This document shows positions 1-9,779 of a DNA stretch of 64,000 nucleotides, in pieces. A program made the position numbers and the translations under genes. The notes under the pieces are model-generated. The model saw only the letters and a program-made list of their open reading frames with translations. It was not told the DNA's origin and made no database searches. The stretch lies in assembly GCA_012514175.1 (NCBI GenBank), contig JAAZAU010000012.1:3479-67478 (forward strand). The letters run 5' to 3'. The DNA is from Parcubacteria group bacterium. Its GTDB lineage: Bacteria; Patescibacteriota; Minisyncoccia; Phycocordibacterales; WO2-35-19. How positions within the stretch are numbered: position 1 is the first letter of the stretch; each line of letters opens with the position of its first letter.

Positions 1-858
1 TTAAAAGCTACAAAACCAGATGTTATTTTGCTTAGTGGCACATATTATGTGCCTTGGATCATATCTATTGCCGCAAAACAAGAAAAAATACCTATTGTTT
101 TATGGTATTCTGGAGTTTTGTCAAAAGAAGTAGAAAATCAACCTGCCAAGATGAGGAATATATTTTCGGCAATGGAAAAATCTATGATTACCAGAGCAAT
201 TAAAATTATTTTTCCATCCAAAATATGTAAAGATGTGGTAGAAAAAGAGGTGGTCAAACGTAAAATTAAAAATAGTTTTATAATTCCTAATCCCATTTCT
301 AGCTTGTTTACTGAACCGTGCGCTGTTGAATATTCGGTAGAACGTAGAATAGCTGCAGTGGGTCGTTATTCTAAAATAAAAAATTTTGATGTTTTTTTTG
401 AATTACACAAAAATCTTTTGCGCCAAAAGTGGGAACATAGCGCTTGTTTTGTAACTAATTCTAACAATGCTTATATTAAAAAAATTCCAAAAACTATAGA
501 GGTTTTACCACCTATGACTTTTAAAGGTCTGAAAAAATTTTATTTATCACAAGGGTTAATCATTTGTCCATCAATATTTGAAACTTTTGGAAATGTTCCA
601 ATGGAAGCAGTTTGTCTTGGAATTCCGGTTTTAGTAAGCGATAAGATGGGTTGCGCTGAAATATTAAAAAAAGTTGGTTTGTCTAATATGGTTATATCTT
701 TTGATAATATAAAAGAAGTTACTGAACGTGTAAAAGAATTGTGCGGCCAATCAGTTTTACCAAAGCAAATGAATGCTTTAAAAAGAATTTTAGATAGTCG
801 TTTTATAAGTGAAGAAATAAATGCAATACTCATAAGCGTCGCTAAGCAAAAAATATAA
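1..858 (+). CDS. Glycosyltransferase family 1 (GT4-like), 5'-truncated at window edge
   Basis: Frame 1 is open from base 1. The C-terminal region carries the GT1 signature ...ICPSIFETFGNVPMEAVCLGIPVLVSD... (E-x7-E motif). Confidence 0.6.
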   Translation, partial: LKATKPDVILLSGTYYVPWIISIAAKQEKIPIVLWYSGVLSKEVENQPAKMRNIFSAMEKSMITRAIKIIFPSKICKDVVEKEVVKRKIKNSFIIPNPISSLFTEPCAVEYSVERRIAAVGRYSKIKNFDVFFELHKNLLRQKWEHSACFVTNSNNAYIKKIPKTIEVLPPMTFKGLKKFYLSQGLIICPSIFETFGNVPMEAVCLGIPVLVSDKMGCAEILKKVGLSNMVISFDNIKEVTERVKELCGQSVLPKQMNALKRILDSRFISEEINAILISVAKQKI

Positions 859-866
859 TATAAAAT

Positions 867-895
867 AAAAACATCTCACACGAGATGTTTTTATT
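867..895. terminator. Bidirectional intrinsic terminator between convergent GT1 and rpsA genes
   Basis: Hairpin acatctc-acac-gagatgt flanked by an A-run on the 5' side and ttttatttt on the 3' side. Confidence 0.5.
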
Positions 896-917
896 TTATA
901 AAAGCTGTTTTTGAATT

Positions 918-2024
918 TTATTTTTCTTCCATAAAACTCAAAGCCATCTTTTGTTCTTTTGGATCAAAGATATTTATTTTGAAATTATAAACTTTGCCAA
1001 GTTCTAATTTTTCGCGCAATTTATCTTCAGTGCCAAATTCAGATACGTGAACCAACCCAGCCACACCTTCTTCAATAGAGGCTAAGGCGCCATGTTTGTT
1101 AAATTTAATAATAACGCCAGAAACCATATCATCTTTCTTGTATTTTTTAGCAGCTTCAGTCCAAGGATTTTCTTTCATAGCTTTGATAGAAAGAGAGATT
1201 TTGTCGTCTTTTATTTCTATAACTTTAACTTTTATATTGTCGCCAACTTTAGCAAATTTACGAGGATCATCAACCAAACCCCAATCAATTTCAGAAATGT
1301 GAACCAAACCTTCAAGACCATCTTCAATTTTAACAAAAATACCGAAATCTACGATACCAGTAACTTCACCTGAAAGTTCATCGCCAAGACTATATTTATC
1401 AACAATTTTTTCTTTCTTGCTGTTTTCTGGGTCTTTTTCTGAGAAAATAAGTTTACCCTCTTTGGCGTTAGTAGCAATAATAGCCACTGAAAGTTTTTGT
1501 CCAACAAGTTTTCTAAGTTCTTCTAATATTTTGTCTTTATCGCCATCAGCTATTCTTGGGTAGTGTTCAGTTTTGAGTTGAGAAGCTGGCAAGAAGCCAG
1601 TGATACCTTGCCAAACCAGCATAAGCCCACCTCGGTTCGCTTCTTTAACCGGCAGTTCAAAAACTTTTTTATCTCTGATAGCTTCTTCAGCTTCACTCCA
1701 AATAAGAGCTTGTTTGGCTTCTTTAAGAGAAATTTCAATGTAACCTTCTTTGTTACTACTACCAGTAATTTTACCGGTGATATTATCTCCTATGTTTATC
1801 TTTTTTATAATATCGCGAGCATTGATGTATTCTCTACCGAAAATAACACCAGTACCCCAGGGTGGCAAATCAACAAAGACCGAATTTCGACCAAAAGCAA
1901 TAACAGTGCCTTCAATTATAGAATCTTTAGCGGGTGGTAAAACCAAATTATCCATAAGTTTAGACATTTGGTTTTCTTTCACAATTTCCTTTTCACTGGA
2001 AACAACTTCTTCTTTTTTAACCAT
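918..2024 (-). CDS. rpsA: 30S ribosomal protein S1 (short, 4x S1 domains)
   Basis: Repeated S1 OB-fold domains (GTVIAFGRNSVFVDL..., GEVTGIVDFGIFVKI..., SGVIIKFNKHGALASI...). Confidence 0.75.
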   Translation of the reverse strand: MVKKEEVVSSEKEIVKENQMSKLMDNLVLPPAKDSIIEGTVIAFGRNSVFVDLPPWGTGVIFGREYINARDIIKKINIGDNITGKITGSSNKEGYIEISLKEAKQALIWSEAEEAIRDKKVFELPVKEANRGGLMLVWQGITGFLPASQLKTEHYPRIADGDKDKILEELRKLVGQKLSVAIIATNAKEGKLIFSEKDPENSKKEKIVDKYSLGDELSGEVTGIVDFGIFVKIEDGLEGLVHISEIDWGLVDDPRKFAKVGDNIKVKVIEIKDDKISLSIKAMKENPWTEAAKKYKKDDMVSGVIIKFNKHGALASIEEGVAGLVHVSEFGTEDKLREKLELGKVYNFKINIFDPKEQKMALSFMEEK

Positions 2025-2265
2025 ACAAATAACAAAAAAACCATGAGTTTTTCTACTTTTCTCTAGCCATTTTGCAGTTAGTAGAAGGTTAGACTCCTGG
2101 AACTTCTTTTAATGAAAATTATATTAGCACCTTGATTTTTGTAGGTCAAGGGTGTAAACTCATAGATGTAAGTGTTAAGTCTCTTTGTTTGTTTTGCGGC
2201 TTTAAAAATCGCGAACAGCAAGTGAATCACTTGGTCGTTTAATCGCAATAATTTAAAGCACGTAA

Positions 2266-2541
2266 ATGAAAAAGCTTTTCGTAGGCAATTTACCTTACAA
2301 AACTACCGATACCGAATTGAAAGAAATGTTCTCTCAAAACGGTGAAGTCGCTGAAGCTGTCATCATTATGGACAGAGAAAGAGGTGTTTCAAAAGGTTTT
2401 GGTTTTGTAACTATGACAAATGACGCCGAAGCTGATGCTGCTATCAATGCTTGGAATGGTAAAGAAGTTGATGGTAGAGCTCTCACCGTAAATGAAGCTC
2501 GTCCTCAAGAAGCACGTCCTCGCAGAGATAACTTTCAGTAA
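2266..2541 (+). CDS. RRM-type RNA-binding protein
   Basis: RNP-2 LFVGNL and RNP-1 KGFGFVTM motifs in a 91 aa single RRM. Confidence 0.7.
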   Translation: MKKLFVGNLPYKTTDTELKEMFSQNGEVAEAVIIMDRERGVSKGFGFVTMTNDAEADAAINAWNGKEVDGRALTVNEARPQEARPRRDNFQ

Positions 2542-2569
2542 AAAATAATTTTCTGTGAAAGTTTTGAAA

Positions 2570-2595
2570 AACCACCCGCTCGGGTGGTTTTTCTG
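2570..2595 (+). terminator. Intrinsic terminator after the RRM gene
   Basis: aaccacccg-ct-cgggtggtt hairpin followed by a T-tract. Confidence 0.6.
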
Positions 2596-2610
2596 TTATT
2601 ATTTAAATAA

Positions 2611-3069
2611 ATGAAAAAAAATCTAATCACTCTAATCGTTGTAAGTGTTGTTGCTTTGCTAATTTTGTTATTTAGTCTTGTTTTTTCTAATAGAAACGAA
2701 AAAGTTGCTATTTTAAAGATAAACAACACTCAAATAAATATAGAGGTAGCCGACAATGATCTTAAAAGAGAAAAAGGTCTTTCAGGAAGAGTTGAAATTG
2801 CTAAGGATGAGGGGATGTTGTTTGTTTTTGAAAGAGAAGATTATTATGGGTTTTGGATGAAAGATATGAATTTTCCAATAGATATTGCTTGGTTAGATAA
2901 AAATAAAAAGATTGTGCATATTGAAAACAGCGTCTCTCCGGAAACGTATTCAAAAAAAATACCACCAAAAGTTTTTAAACCAAACTCTCCAAGTTTGTAT
3001 GTTTTAGAAACTCAAGCTAATTTTTTTAAAAATCACAACATCAACATCGGAGATTTTGTAGAGTTTTGA
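2611..3069 (+). CDS. DUF192-family protein with N-terminal TM/signal segment
   Basis: GMLFVFERED..FWMKDMNFPIDIAWLD matches the conserved DUF192 (COG1430) core; hydrophobic N-terminus. Confidence 0.55.
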   Translation: MKKNLITLIVVSVVALLILLFSLVFSNRNEKVAILKINNTQINIEVADNDLKREKGLSGRVEIAKDEGMLFVFEREDYYGFWMKDMNFPIDIAWLDKNKKIVHIENSVSPETYSKKIPPKVFKPNSPSLYVLETQANFFKNHNINIGDFVEF

Positions 3070-3262
3070 AAAGCCTCTTAGAAAGACCTTTAATAGTCAG
3101 TCTTTAATTTCGTTTTTGGTTTACACTTTTGCTTTTGTATTTCACGATGATTTTTTTATACCTTATCCACAGTTTTTTTAACTCAAAAAGTTATAAAATG
3201 AAGAGGCGAAATTTTTAAATTTTTGCAAAAAATTACAAGATTTTAAGTTTTTTTATAAAAAT

Positions 3263-5572
3263 ATGCCTGAAAAAATCAAAAAAAAGCCAAAAAAGTATGC
3301 AATGGAGGATTTTATTAAAAAAGTTCAAAAGCGAGATGGTTCAATTGTTAAATTTGATTTTGAAAGGATTGTCATAGCGATAACCAAAGCTATGAAAGCT
3401 GCAGATGAAGGCTCTGAAGGTGAGGCTAGATTAGTCGGTCACAAAGTGCTTGGTGAATTAGTTAGAATTTCTAAAAAATTTAAAAATTTTGTGCCTACAG
3501 TTGAAGGCATTCAAGACATCGTAGAAAAAGAGTTGATGGCTTCCGAGTATCCCAACACCGCGAAAGCTTTTATTCTTTACCGAGCCGAAAGAACTAAAAT
3601 GCGCGAACAAATTAATCTTATACCTCAAGATGTTAGAGAAAAGATTAAAGAAAGCAGTAAGTATTTCAAAAGTTCATACCAAGAATTTATTTTTTATCAA
3701 TTTTATTCTAGATGGGTAGATGAGTTGGGTCGTAGAGAAACTTGGGTTGAGTCTATAGACAGATTTATGGATTTTATGAAAGAAAATATGGGCAACAAGC
3801 TTACTGCAACCGAATATTCCGAAGTGCGAAAAGCTATTTTAGACCAAGAGATTTGTCCCTCTATGCGATTACTTTGGTCTGCTGGTAAAGCAGCTAGGAA
3901 AACTAATGTCTGTGCTTATAACTGCGCTTATATAGCTCCAGTTTCGTGGCGCGATCTTTCGGAGATAATGTATATATCAATGTGTGGCGCAGGTTGTGGT
4001 TTTTCAGTTGAACCAGAAAATGTTGGTAAGTTTCCTCAAATTCAAAAACAAACTGGAAAAATGGCTCCAAAAATAATCGTTGAAGACAGTAAGGTTGGTT
4101 GGTGTAAAGCTTTTGTTGCCGCTTGTGAAGCTTGGGAAAATGGTAAAGATGTTGAAATAGATTATTCCTTGGTTAGACCAGCGGGTGCCAAATTGCAGAC
4201 TATGGGTGGCCGAGCTTCTGGTCCTGAGCCACTTAAAGAATTAATGTCTTTTACAAAAAGAAAAATATTATCCAAACAAGGCCGAAGATTGTCTTGTCTT
4301 GATTTACACGACATTATTTGCCAAATCGGTTTGATAGTGGTTGCGGGCGGTGTTAGACGTAGCGCCCTTATTTCGCTTTCTTCACTTGATGACATAGAAA
4401 TGCGTGATGCAAAAAAAGGTGCTTTTTGGCAAACAGAAGGGCAACGTTCAATGGCTAATAATTCAGCAGTTTATGAGACCAAGCCTTCAGCTGAAGAGTT
4501 TTTAGAAGAATGGACAGCTCTCGTTACTTCTCATTCTGGTGAACGTGGCATTTTCAATCGTGGTGGTCTTGCTACTCAAATGCCTAAAAGACGCTGGGAA
4601 GTAGTAAAAAACGCTAAACAGCTCGGTATGAATCCTTGTGGCGAAATTTATCTACAATCTAAACAGTTTTGCAATTTAACATCTATTGTAGTGCGCCCCA
4701 AGGACAATATGGAAGACTTAAAACGCAAAATGAGATTGGCTACTCTAGTTGGTAGTTATCAAGCCACTCTTACTGATTTTGAATATCTTTCAAAAGAATG
4801 GAAAGAAAATTCTGAAAAAGAACAACTCTTAGGTGTTTCTATCACTGGCTATTATGATAATAAATTGGTGCGTGATGAAAAAAATTTAAGAGATTTACGC
4901 GAGGAAGGTGTCAAGACTAACAAAAAATATGCCAAAAGATTTGGAGTTAACGAATCCACCTCTATTACTTGTGTTAAACCTCATGGCAATTCTGGTCAAT
5001 TATTAGGTGTGGGTTCTGGTATGCACACTTGGTACGCTAAATATTACGTTCGTAGAGTGCGTATTTCGGTTACTGACCCTCTTTTAAAATTAGCTAAAGA
5101 TCAAGGTGTGCCTGTTCATCCAGAAATTGGTTACTCTACTTCAAATGCCACTACTATGGTTCTTGAATTCCCGTGCAAAGCTCCAGAAGGCGCAATCGTC
5201 AACAAAGATGTAAACGCTTTAGAGATGTTAGAGGAATGGAAAAAACTCAAAATTAATTTCACCGAACATAATCCTTCCGTAACGATCTATGTTGGCGATG
5301 ATGAATGGATCGCTGTCGCTAATTTTATTTATAAAAACTGGGACATAATTGGTGGACTTTCGTTCTTGCCACGTGACAACCATGTTTATAAACTGGCTCC
5401 TTATGAAGAAATTACGAAGGAGGAATACGAAACTCGTCTGAAAGCCCTCGGACAACTTGATTTTTCTAGACTACTTATTTATGAAAAAAGCGACCAAACC
5501 ATTGGAGCCAAAGAACTTGCTTGCGCTGGCGGTACTTGTGAAATCAGTGATTTTGTCAAAGTAGAAGCATAA
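3263..5572 (+). CDS. nrdJ: Ribonucleotide reductase, class II (adenosylcobalamin-dependent), with N-terminal ATP-cone
   Basis: ATP-cone (VQKRDGSIVKFDFERIVIAITKA), a large RNR catalytic barrel, and the C-terminal redox Cys pair CAGGTCEISDF. Confidence 0.8.
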   Translation: MPEKIKKKPKKYAMEDFIKKVQKRDGSIVKFDFERIVIAITKAMKAADEGSEGEARLVGHKVLGELVRISKKFKNFVPTVEGIQDIVEKELMASEYPNTAKAFILYRAERTKMREQINLIPQDVREKIKESSKYFKSSYQEFIFYQFYSRWVDELGRRETWVESIDRFMDFMKENMGNKLTATEYSEVRKAILDQEICPSMRLLWSAGKAARKTNVCAYNCAYIAPVSWRDLSEIMYISMCGAGCGFSVEPENVGKFPQIQKQTGKMAPKIIVEDSKVGWCKAFVAACEAWENGKDVEIDYSLVRPAGAKLQTMGGRASGPEPLKELMSFTKRKILSKQGRRLSCLDLHDIICQIGLIVVAGGVRRSALISLSSLDDIEMRDAKKGAFWQTEGQRSMANNSAVYETKPSAEEFLEEWTALVTSHSGERGIFNRGGLATQMPKRRWEVVKNAKQLGMNPCGEIYLQSKQFCNLTSIVVRPKDNMEDLKRKMRLATLVGSYQATLTDFEYLSKEWKENSEKEQLLGVSITGYYDNKLVRDEKNLRDLREEGVKTNKKYAKRFGVNESTSITCVKPHGNSGQLLGVGSGMHTWYAKYYVRRVRISVTDPLLKLAKDQGVPVHPEIGYSTSNATTMVLEFPCKAPEGAIVNKDVNALEMLEEWKKLKINFTEHNPSVTIYVGDDEWIAVANFIYKNWDIIGGLSFLPRDNHVYKLAPYEEITKEEYETRLKALGQLDFSRLLIYEKSDQTIGAKELACAGGTCEISDFVKVEA

Positions 5573-5597
5573 AAAGTAGAATAATACTCAAGATAAG

Positions 5598-5624
5598 AAC
5601 TCGTTTGAAAGAACGAGTTTTTTG
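5598..5624 (+). terminator. Intrinsic terminator after nrdJ
   Basis: aactcgtt-tgaaag-aacgagtt hairpin + tttttg. Confidence 0.55.
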
Positions 5625-5636
5625 TCCACTAATTTT

Positions 5637-5666
5637 TTATCAAATGAGAGATTTATTTGTTATAAT
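5637..5666 (+). promoter_or_regulatory. Candidate sigma70-type promoter for gap
   Basis: -35 ttatca, roughly 18 nt spacer, -10 tataat about 30 nt upstream of the gap ATG. Confidence 0.35.
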
Positions 5667-5695
5667 TTATATTTAATAGGTTAAATTATAAAATA

Positions 5696-6730
5696 ATGCA
5701 CGAGAAAAAAATTCGCATCGCAATAAATGGCGCTGGAAGAATAGGTAGAGCGTTTATAAGACTGGCTTTTAATAATCCCAATATAGAATTTGTCGCTATA
5801 AATGATTTGGGTGATATAGAAAACATTGCTTATCTTATGAGATATGACACCGCTTATGGTGTAGCCCCTTTTGAAGTAAAAGCAAAAGAAGATCAGACCG
5901 CAATTATTGTAAACGGTAAAGAAATTAGGTTTTTAAATGAAAAAGATCCTGCCTTATTACCTTGGCAAGATTTGAATGTGGATATAGTTATTGAAGCCAC
6001 TGGCGTTTTCACTGCATACGAAAAAGCAAGAGACCACATTACCGCTGGAGCAAAAAGAGTAGTTATTACTGCTCCAGCCAAAGGCGAACCAAAAGATGAA
6101 ACAGAAGTGATGGTTCTTATGGGTATCAACGATGAAAAATTAGAAAAAAGCGTCATAAGTTCAAATGCTTCTTGCACGACCAATGCCATTTCTCCAGTTA
6201 TTCAGATACTGAATGAAAAAATTGGTATTGAAAAAGCAATACTTAATACCACTCACGCTTATACAGCCAGCCAAGCAATTGTTGATGGTCCAAACAAAAA
6301 AGATTGGAAAGAGGGCAGAGCTGGAGCTCAAAACATTATTCCAACTTCAACTGGTGCCGCTAAAGCTCTCACAAAAATAATAACTGATTTAGAAGGTAAA
6401 TTTGACGGGCTTTCAATGCGAGTGCCGGTAGTTGCTGGTTCTATTGCTGATGTAACTTTTATCAGTAAAAGAGAAACAACTGTAGAAGAAGTAAATAAAG
6501 TCTTAAAGGAAGCAACTAGGGAACCTAGGTGGCAAGGTATTTATACTGTAGCTGAAGATTTAATTGTTTCTAGTGATATTATTGGTTCACTTTTTGGTTC
6601 AATTGCTGACTTAGGACTTACTAAAGTTATTGATGGCAACTTAGTAAAAGTTTGCGCCTGGTATGATAACGAAATAGGATACACCAACACCCTTATTAAA
6701 CACGTGCTTACGATAGGTAAATATTTGTAA
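5696..6730 (+). CDS. gap: Glyceraldehyde-3-phosphate dehydrogenase
   Basis: NAD-binding INGAGRIGR and active-site SNASCTTNA motifs. Confidence 0.9.
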   Translation: MHEKKIRIAINGAGRIGRAFIRLAFNNPNIEFVAINDLGDIENIAYLMRYDTAYGVAPFEVKAKEDQTAIIVNGKEIRFLNEKDPALLPWQDLNVDIVIEATGVFTAYEKARDHITAGAKRVVITAPAKGEPKDETEVMVLMGINDEKLEKSVISSNASCTTNAISPVIQILNEKIGIEKAILNTTHAYTASQAIVDGPNKKDWKEGRAGAQNIIPTSTGAAKALTKIITDLEGKFDGLSMRVPVVAGSIADVTFISKRETTVEEVNKVLKEATREPRWQGIYTVAEDLIVSSDIIGSLFGSIADLGLTKVIDGNLVKVCAWYDNEIGYTNTLIKHVLTIGKYL

Positions 6731-6775
6731 TTAATTTGTATTTAGACGAAATTTACAATAACAACTAAAAATTTT

Positions 6776-7219
6776 ATGAAAATATATTTTGCAACAGATC
6801 ATGCTGGATTTGAAATGAAAAACAAACTTTTAGAGTTTGTGAAAGAGCTCGGTTTTGAAGTGGAAGATTGTGGTGCTTATGAATTTAATCCGGATGATGA
6901 TTATCCTGAATTTGTAAAAAAAGCTGCACAAGCAGTGTCAGAGGCTCCAGAATCGTCAAGGGCGATAGTTTTAGGTGGTAGTGGTCAAGGGGAGGGTATA
7001 GTGGTCAACAAGTTCTTAAATGTGCGCTCAACGGTTTATTATGGTGGCAACCTAGAGATTGTTAAATTATCTCGTGAACACAACGATGCTAACGTGCTTT
7101 CTCTTGGGGCTAGATTTTTATCTTTAAATGAAGCGAAAGAAGCAATTAAGTTGTGGCTTGAAACCCAATTTTCTAAAGAAGAAAGACACAGAAGAAGAGT
7201 TGCTAAGATTGAAAACTGA
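6776..7219 (+). CDS. rpiB: Ribose-5-phosphate isomerase B
   Basis: MKIYFATDHAGFEMKNKL... is typical of RpiB/LacAB. Confidence 0.85.
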   Translation: MKIYFATDHAGFEMKNKLLEFVKELGFEVEDCGAYEFNPDDDYPEFVKKAAQAVSEAPESSRAIVLGGSGQGEGIVVNKFLNVRSTVYYGGNLEIVKLSREHNDANVLSLGARFLSLNEAKEAIKLWLETQFSKEERHRRRVAKIEN

Positions 7220-7246
7220 TATGGTGTAAAAATTAACAAAATAAAT

Positions 7247-7918
7247 ATGATCGAAATTATTCCAGCCATCATACCTCAAGATTTGGATGAAATTCGAAAA
7301 AAATTCGGCAGAGTTTTGGGTTTAGCAAAAAAAGTTCAGGTAGATATTTTAGATGGTCAATATGCACCAGTAAAAAGTTGGCCTTTCATTGAAAAAAATT
7401 CTGACGATCTTTTTAAAATGGCTAAAGGCGAATTAAAGTTTCCATTTATTGATGAGTTTTTGGTGCAAATTGATTTGATGGTGTTGCATCCGGTTGAATA
7501 TTTAAATGATTTTATTTCCTTAGGCGCTAAAAGTTTTGTTATTCATATAGACTCAACTAATCATATTCGCGAGTGTTTAAGTATGATTAAGGGTTTAGAT
7601 TGTAAAGTTGGTCTTGGTATCAAACCTTCTGTTGATACAGCTCTTTTAGAACCGTTTATGGAACAAATAGATTTTGTACAATTTATGGGTAATGATAAAA
7701 TTGGATACAATGGCGTTGAACTTGATAATTCTGTCATAAACAAAATAAAATATTTTCATCATAAAAATAGAGAGATGCCTATTCAGATTGATATAGGTGT
7801 CAGCGAAGAAACAATTCCAATTTTGAAAAGTATTGGTGTTACTTCTTTCATTTCTTGTTCAGCGATTTTTAATTCTCTAGACCCAGAAGAGTCTTTTAAA
7901 AAAATGCAAAACTTATGA
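7247..7918 (+). CDS. rpe: Ribulose-phosphate 3-epimerase (divergent)
   Basis: Blocks IIPAIIPQDL, VDILDGQYAP, IDLMV, CKVGLGIKP, IDIGV and FISCSAIF line up with Rpe motifs; located in a PPP cluster. Confidence 0.6.
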   Translation: MIEIIPAIIPQDLDEIRKKFGRVLGLAKKVQVDILDGQYAPVKSWPFIEKNSDDLFKMAKGELKFPFIDEFLVQIDLMVLHPVEYLNDFISLGAKSFVIHIDSTNHIRECLSMIKGLDCKVGLGIKPSVDTALLEPFMEQIDFVQFMGNDKIGYNGVELDNSVINKIKYFHHKNREMPIQIDIGVSEETIPILKSIGVTSFISCSAIFNSLDPEESFKKMQNL

Positions 7919-8760
7919 TGTGGCCTACTGAAGAAAAAATAAAATGGTTGGAAGAAAAAGCAAGAGACATTAGAGTCTCGGTTATTGAAATGCTTGAAGA
8001 AGCCGGAAGTGGACACAGCGCGGGAGCTTTAGGAATGGCAGATATTTTTACAGCACTTTATTTCCACATTTTAAAACACGATCCAACCAATCCGACGTGG
8101 TCAGACAGAGACAGATTAGTTCTCTCAAACGGTCATATTTGTCCTGTTTATTACGCGACGCTTGCTCATGCGGGTTATTTTAAATTAGAAGAATTAAAAA
8201 CTTTGAGAAAATTTGGTTCGCGTTTGCAAGGTCATCCAGAAAGAAAATTTTTGCCTTTTGTTGAGACTACATCAGGCCCGCTCGGTTCTGGTCTTTCACA
8301 AGCTATTGGTATGTGTCTTGCTGATACCATTGACAACAGCAAATCTTCAGGTAAACAATTCTACGCACTTTTAAGCGATGGCGAACTCAATGAGGGTAAC
8401 ACTTGGGAGGCAGTAATGCTTGGCGCTAAAGAAAAATTACAAAATCTTACAGTAATTATAGACAGAAATTGTATTCAATTGGAGGGTTATACTGAAGACA
8501 TAATGCCTCTTGAGCCACTCAAGCAAAAATGGGAAGCCTTTAATTGGCAAGTTCAAATTATAGATGGTCATAGTTTTAATGAAATTATCAAAGCGGTGAG
8601 TGAAGCGCATGCGGTTTTCAACAAGCCGAGTGTTATTATTGCAAACACCATACCCGGTAAAGGCGTTTCTTTTATGGAACGCGATTGGCGTTGGCACGGT
8701 AAAGCGCCGAATGAAAAAGAAGCGCAACAAGCTCTAAACGAATTACAGAATACGAATTAA
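7915..8760 (+). CDS. Transketolase, N-terminal (TPP-binding) subunit
   Basis: GSGHSAGALGMADIFTALYF..., GPLGSGLSQAIGM; the gene is split. Confidence 0.85.
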   Translation: MMWPTEEKIKWLEEKARDIRVSVIEMLEEAGSGHSAGALGMADIFTALYFHILKHDPTNPTWSDRDRLVLSNGHICPVYYATLAHAGYFKLEELKTLRKFGSRLQGHPERKFLPFVETTSGPLGSGLSQAIGMCLADTIDNSKSSGKQFYALLSDGELNEGNTWEAVMLGAKEKLQNLTVIIDRNCIQLEGYTEDIMPLEPLKQKWEAFNWQVQIIDGHSFNEIIKAVSEAHAVFNKPSVIIANTIPGKGVSFMERDWRWHGKAPNEKEAQQALNELQNTN

Positions 8761-8765
8761 AAAAT

Positions 8766-9767
8766 ATGTTAAACCAATCATTAAAGCTCAATAATAAAAT
8801 TTTTGATCCAGAGGTTGAAAAAATATCTACTCGCCAAGGTTTTGGTGAAGGTTTAGTTTTAGCCGCTGATCAGGATAAAAATGTGGTAGGGCTCTGCGCA
8901 GATTTGAACAGTTCAACTCAAATGAGTCTCTTTGCGAAAAAATATCCAGAAAGGTTTGTGCAAATAGGTGTAGCTGAACAAAATTTGGTAACAGTAGCAA
9001 GTGGAATGTCCGCCATGGGCAAAATTCCTTTTGCCGCTTCTTATGCTGTTTTTAGCCCGGGACGCAATTGGGAACAAATAAGAACCACTATTGCACTTAA
9101 TGATAGGCCTGTAAAAATAGTTGGTAGTCATACAGGAGTTTCGGTGGGAGCAGATGGTGCAACTCACCAAGCTCTAGAAGATATCGCACTTATGAGAGTT
9201 TTACCAAACGTCATTTTAATTTCTCCTTGTGACAGCATTGAAGCAAAAAAAGCTACTATAGAAGCAGCAAAAATAGATAAACCAGTTTACATTCGTTTAA
9301 CGAGAGAAAGTACGCCTGTCATTGCAACTGAAGACACACCTTTTGAAATTGGTAAAGCTCAAATCTTTTTTGCCCCACCAATGACGCCTCAAGTTGGTAT
9401 TGTTGCAACTGGACCTTTAATTTACGAAGCAATATTAGTTGCTCAAAAATTAGCAGAAAAAGGTATTTCAGCAAAAGTGATGAATATCAGCAGTATTAGA
9501 CCACTTGATTTTACAGCTATTATAAATTTAGCCAAAGAAGCAGGCTCTATAGTTAGTGTGGAAGACCACCAAGTAGTTGGAGGTCTAGGCTCTGCAATTG
9601 CAGAAGTTTTGGTGCAAAATTATCCAGTACCAATGGAACTTATAGGTGTCCACGACAAATTTGGTCAATCTGGAACACCAAAAGAACTTAAAGAATATTA
9701 TGGAATGGGTGTTTCTGACATTGAAAAAGCTGTAGAAAAAGTTTTAGCCAGAAAAATTACTCAATAA
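8766..9767 (+). CDS. Transketolase, C-terminal (pyrimidine-binding) subunit
   Basis: Pyr and C-terminal domains (VGADGATHQALEDIALMRVLPN). Confidence 0.85.
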   Translation: MLNQSLKLNNKIFDPEVEKISTRQGFGEGLVLAADQDKNVVGLCADLNSSTQMSLFAKKYPERFVQIGVAEQNLVTVASGMSAMGKIPFAASYAVFSPGRNWEQIRTTIALNDRPVKIVGSHTGVSVGADGATHQALEDIALMRVLPNVILISPCDSIEAKKATIEAAKIDKPVYIRLTRESTPVIATEDTPFEIGKAQIFFAPPMTPQVGIVATGPLIYEAILVAQKLAEKGISAKVMNISSIRPLDFTAIINLAKEAGSIVSVEDHQVVGGLGSAIAEVLVQNYPVPMELIGVHDKFGQSGTPKELKEYYGMGVSDIEKAVEKVLARKITQ

Positions 9768-9779
9768 AATTTTCTCAAA

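Noticed and set aside
2130-2160. ccttga...tcaagg inverted repeat in the rpsA/RRM divergent intergenic region as an operator
   Set aside because: It is a 6-bp stem with no partner regulator gene nearby, so it cannot be distinguished from chance.
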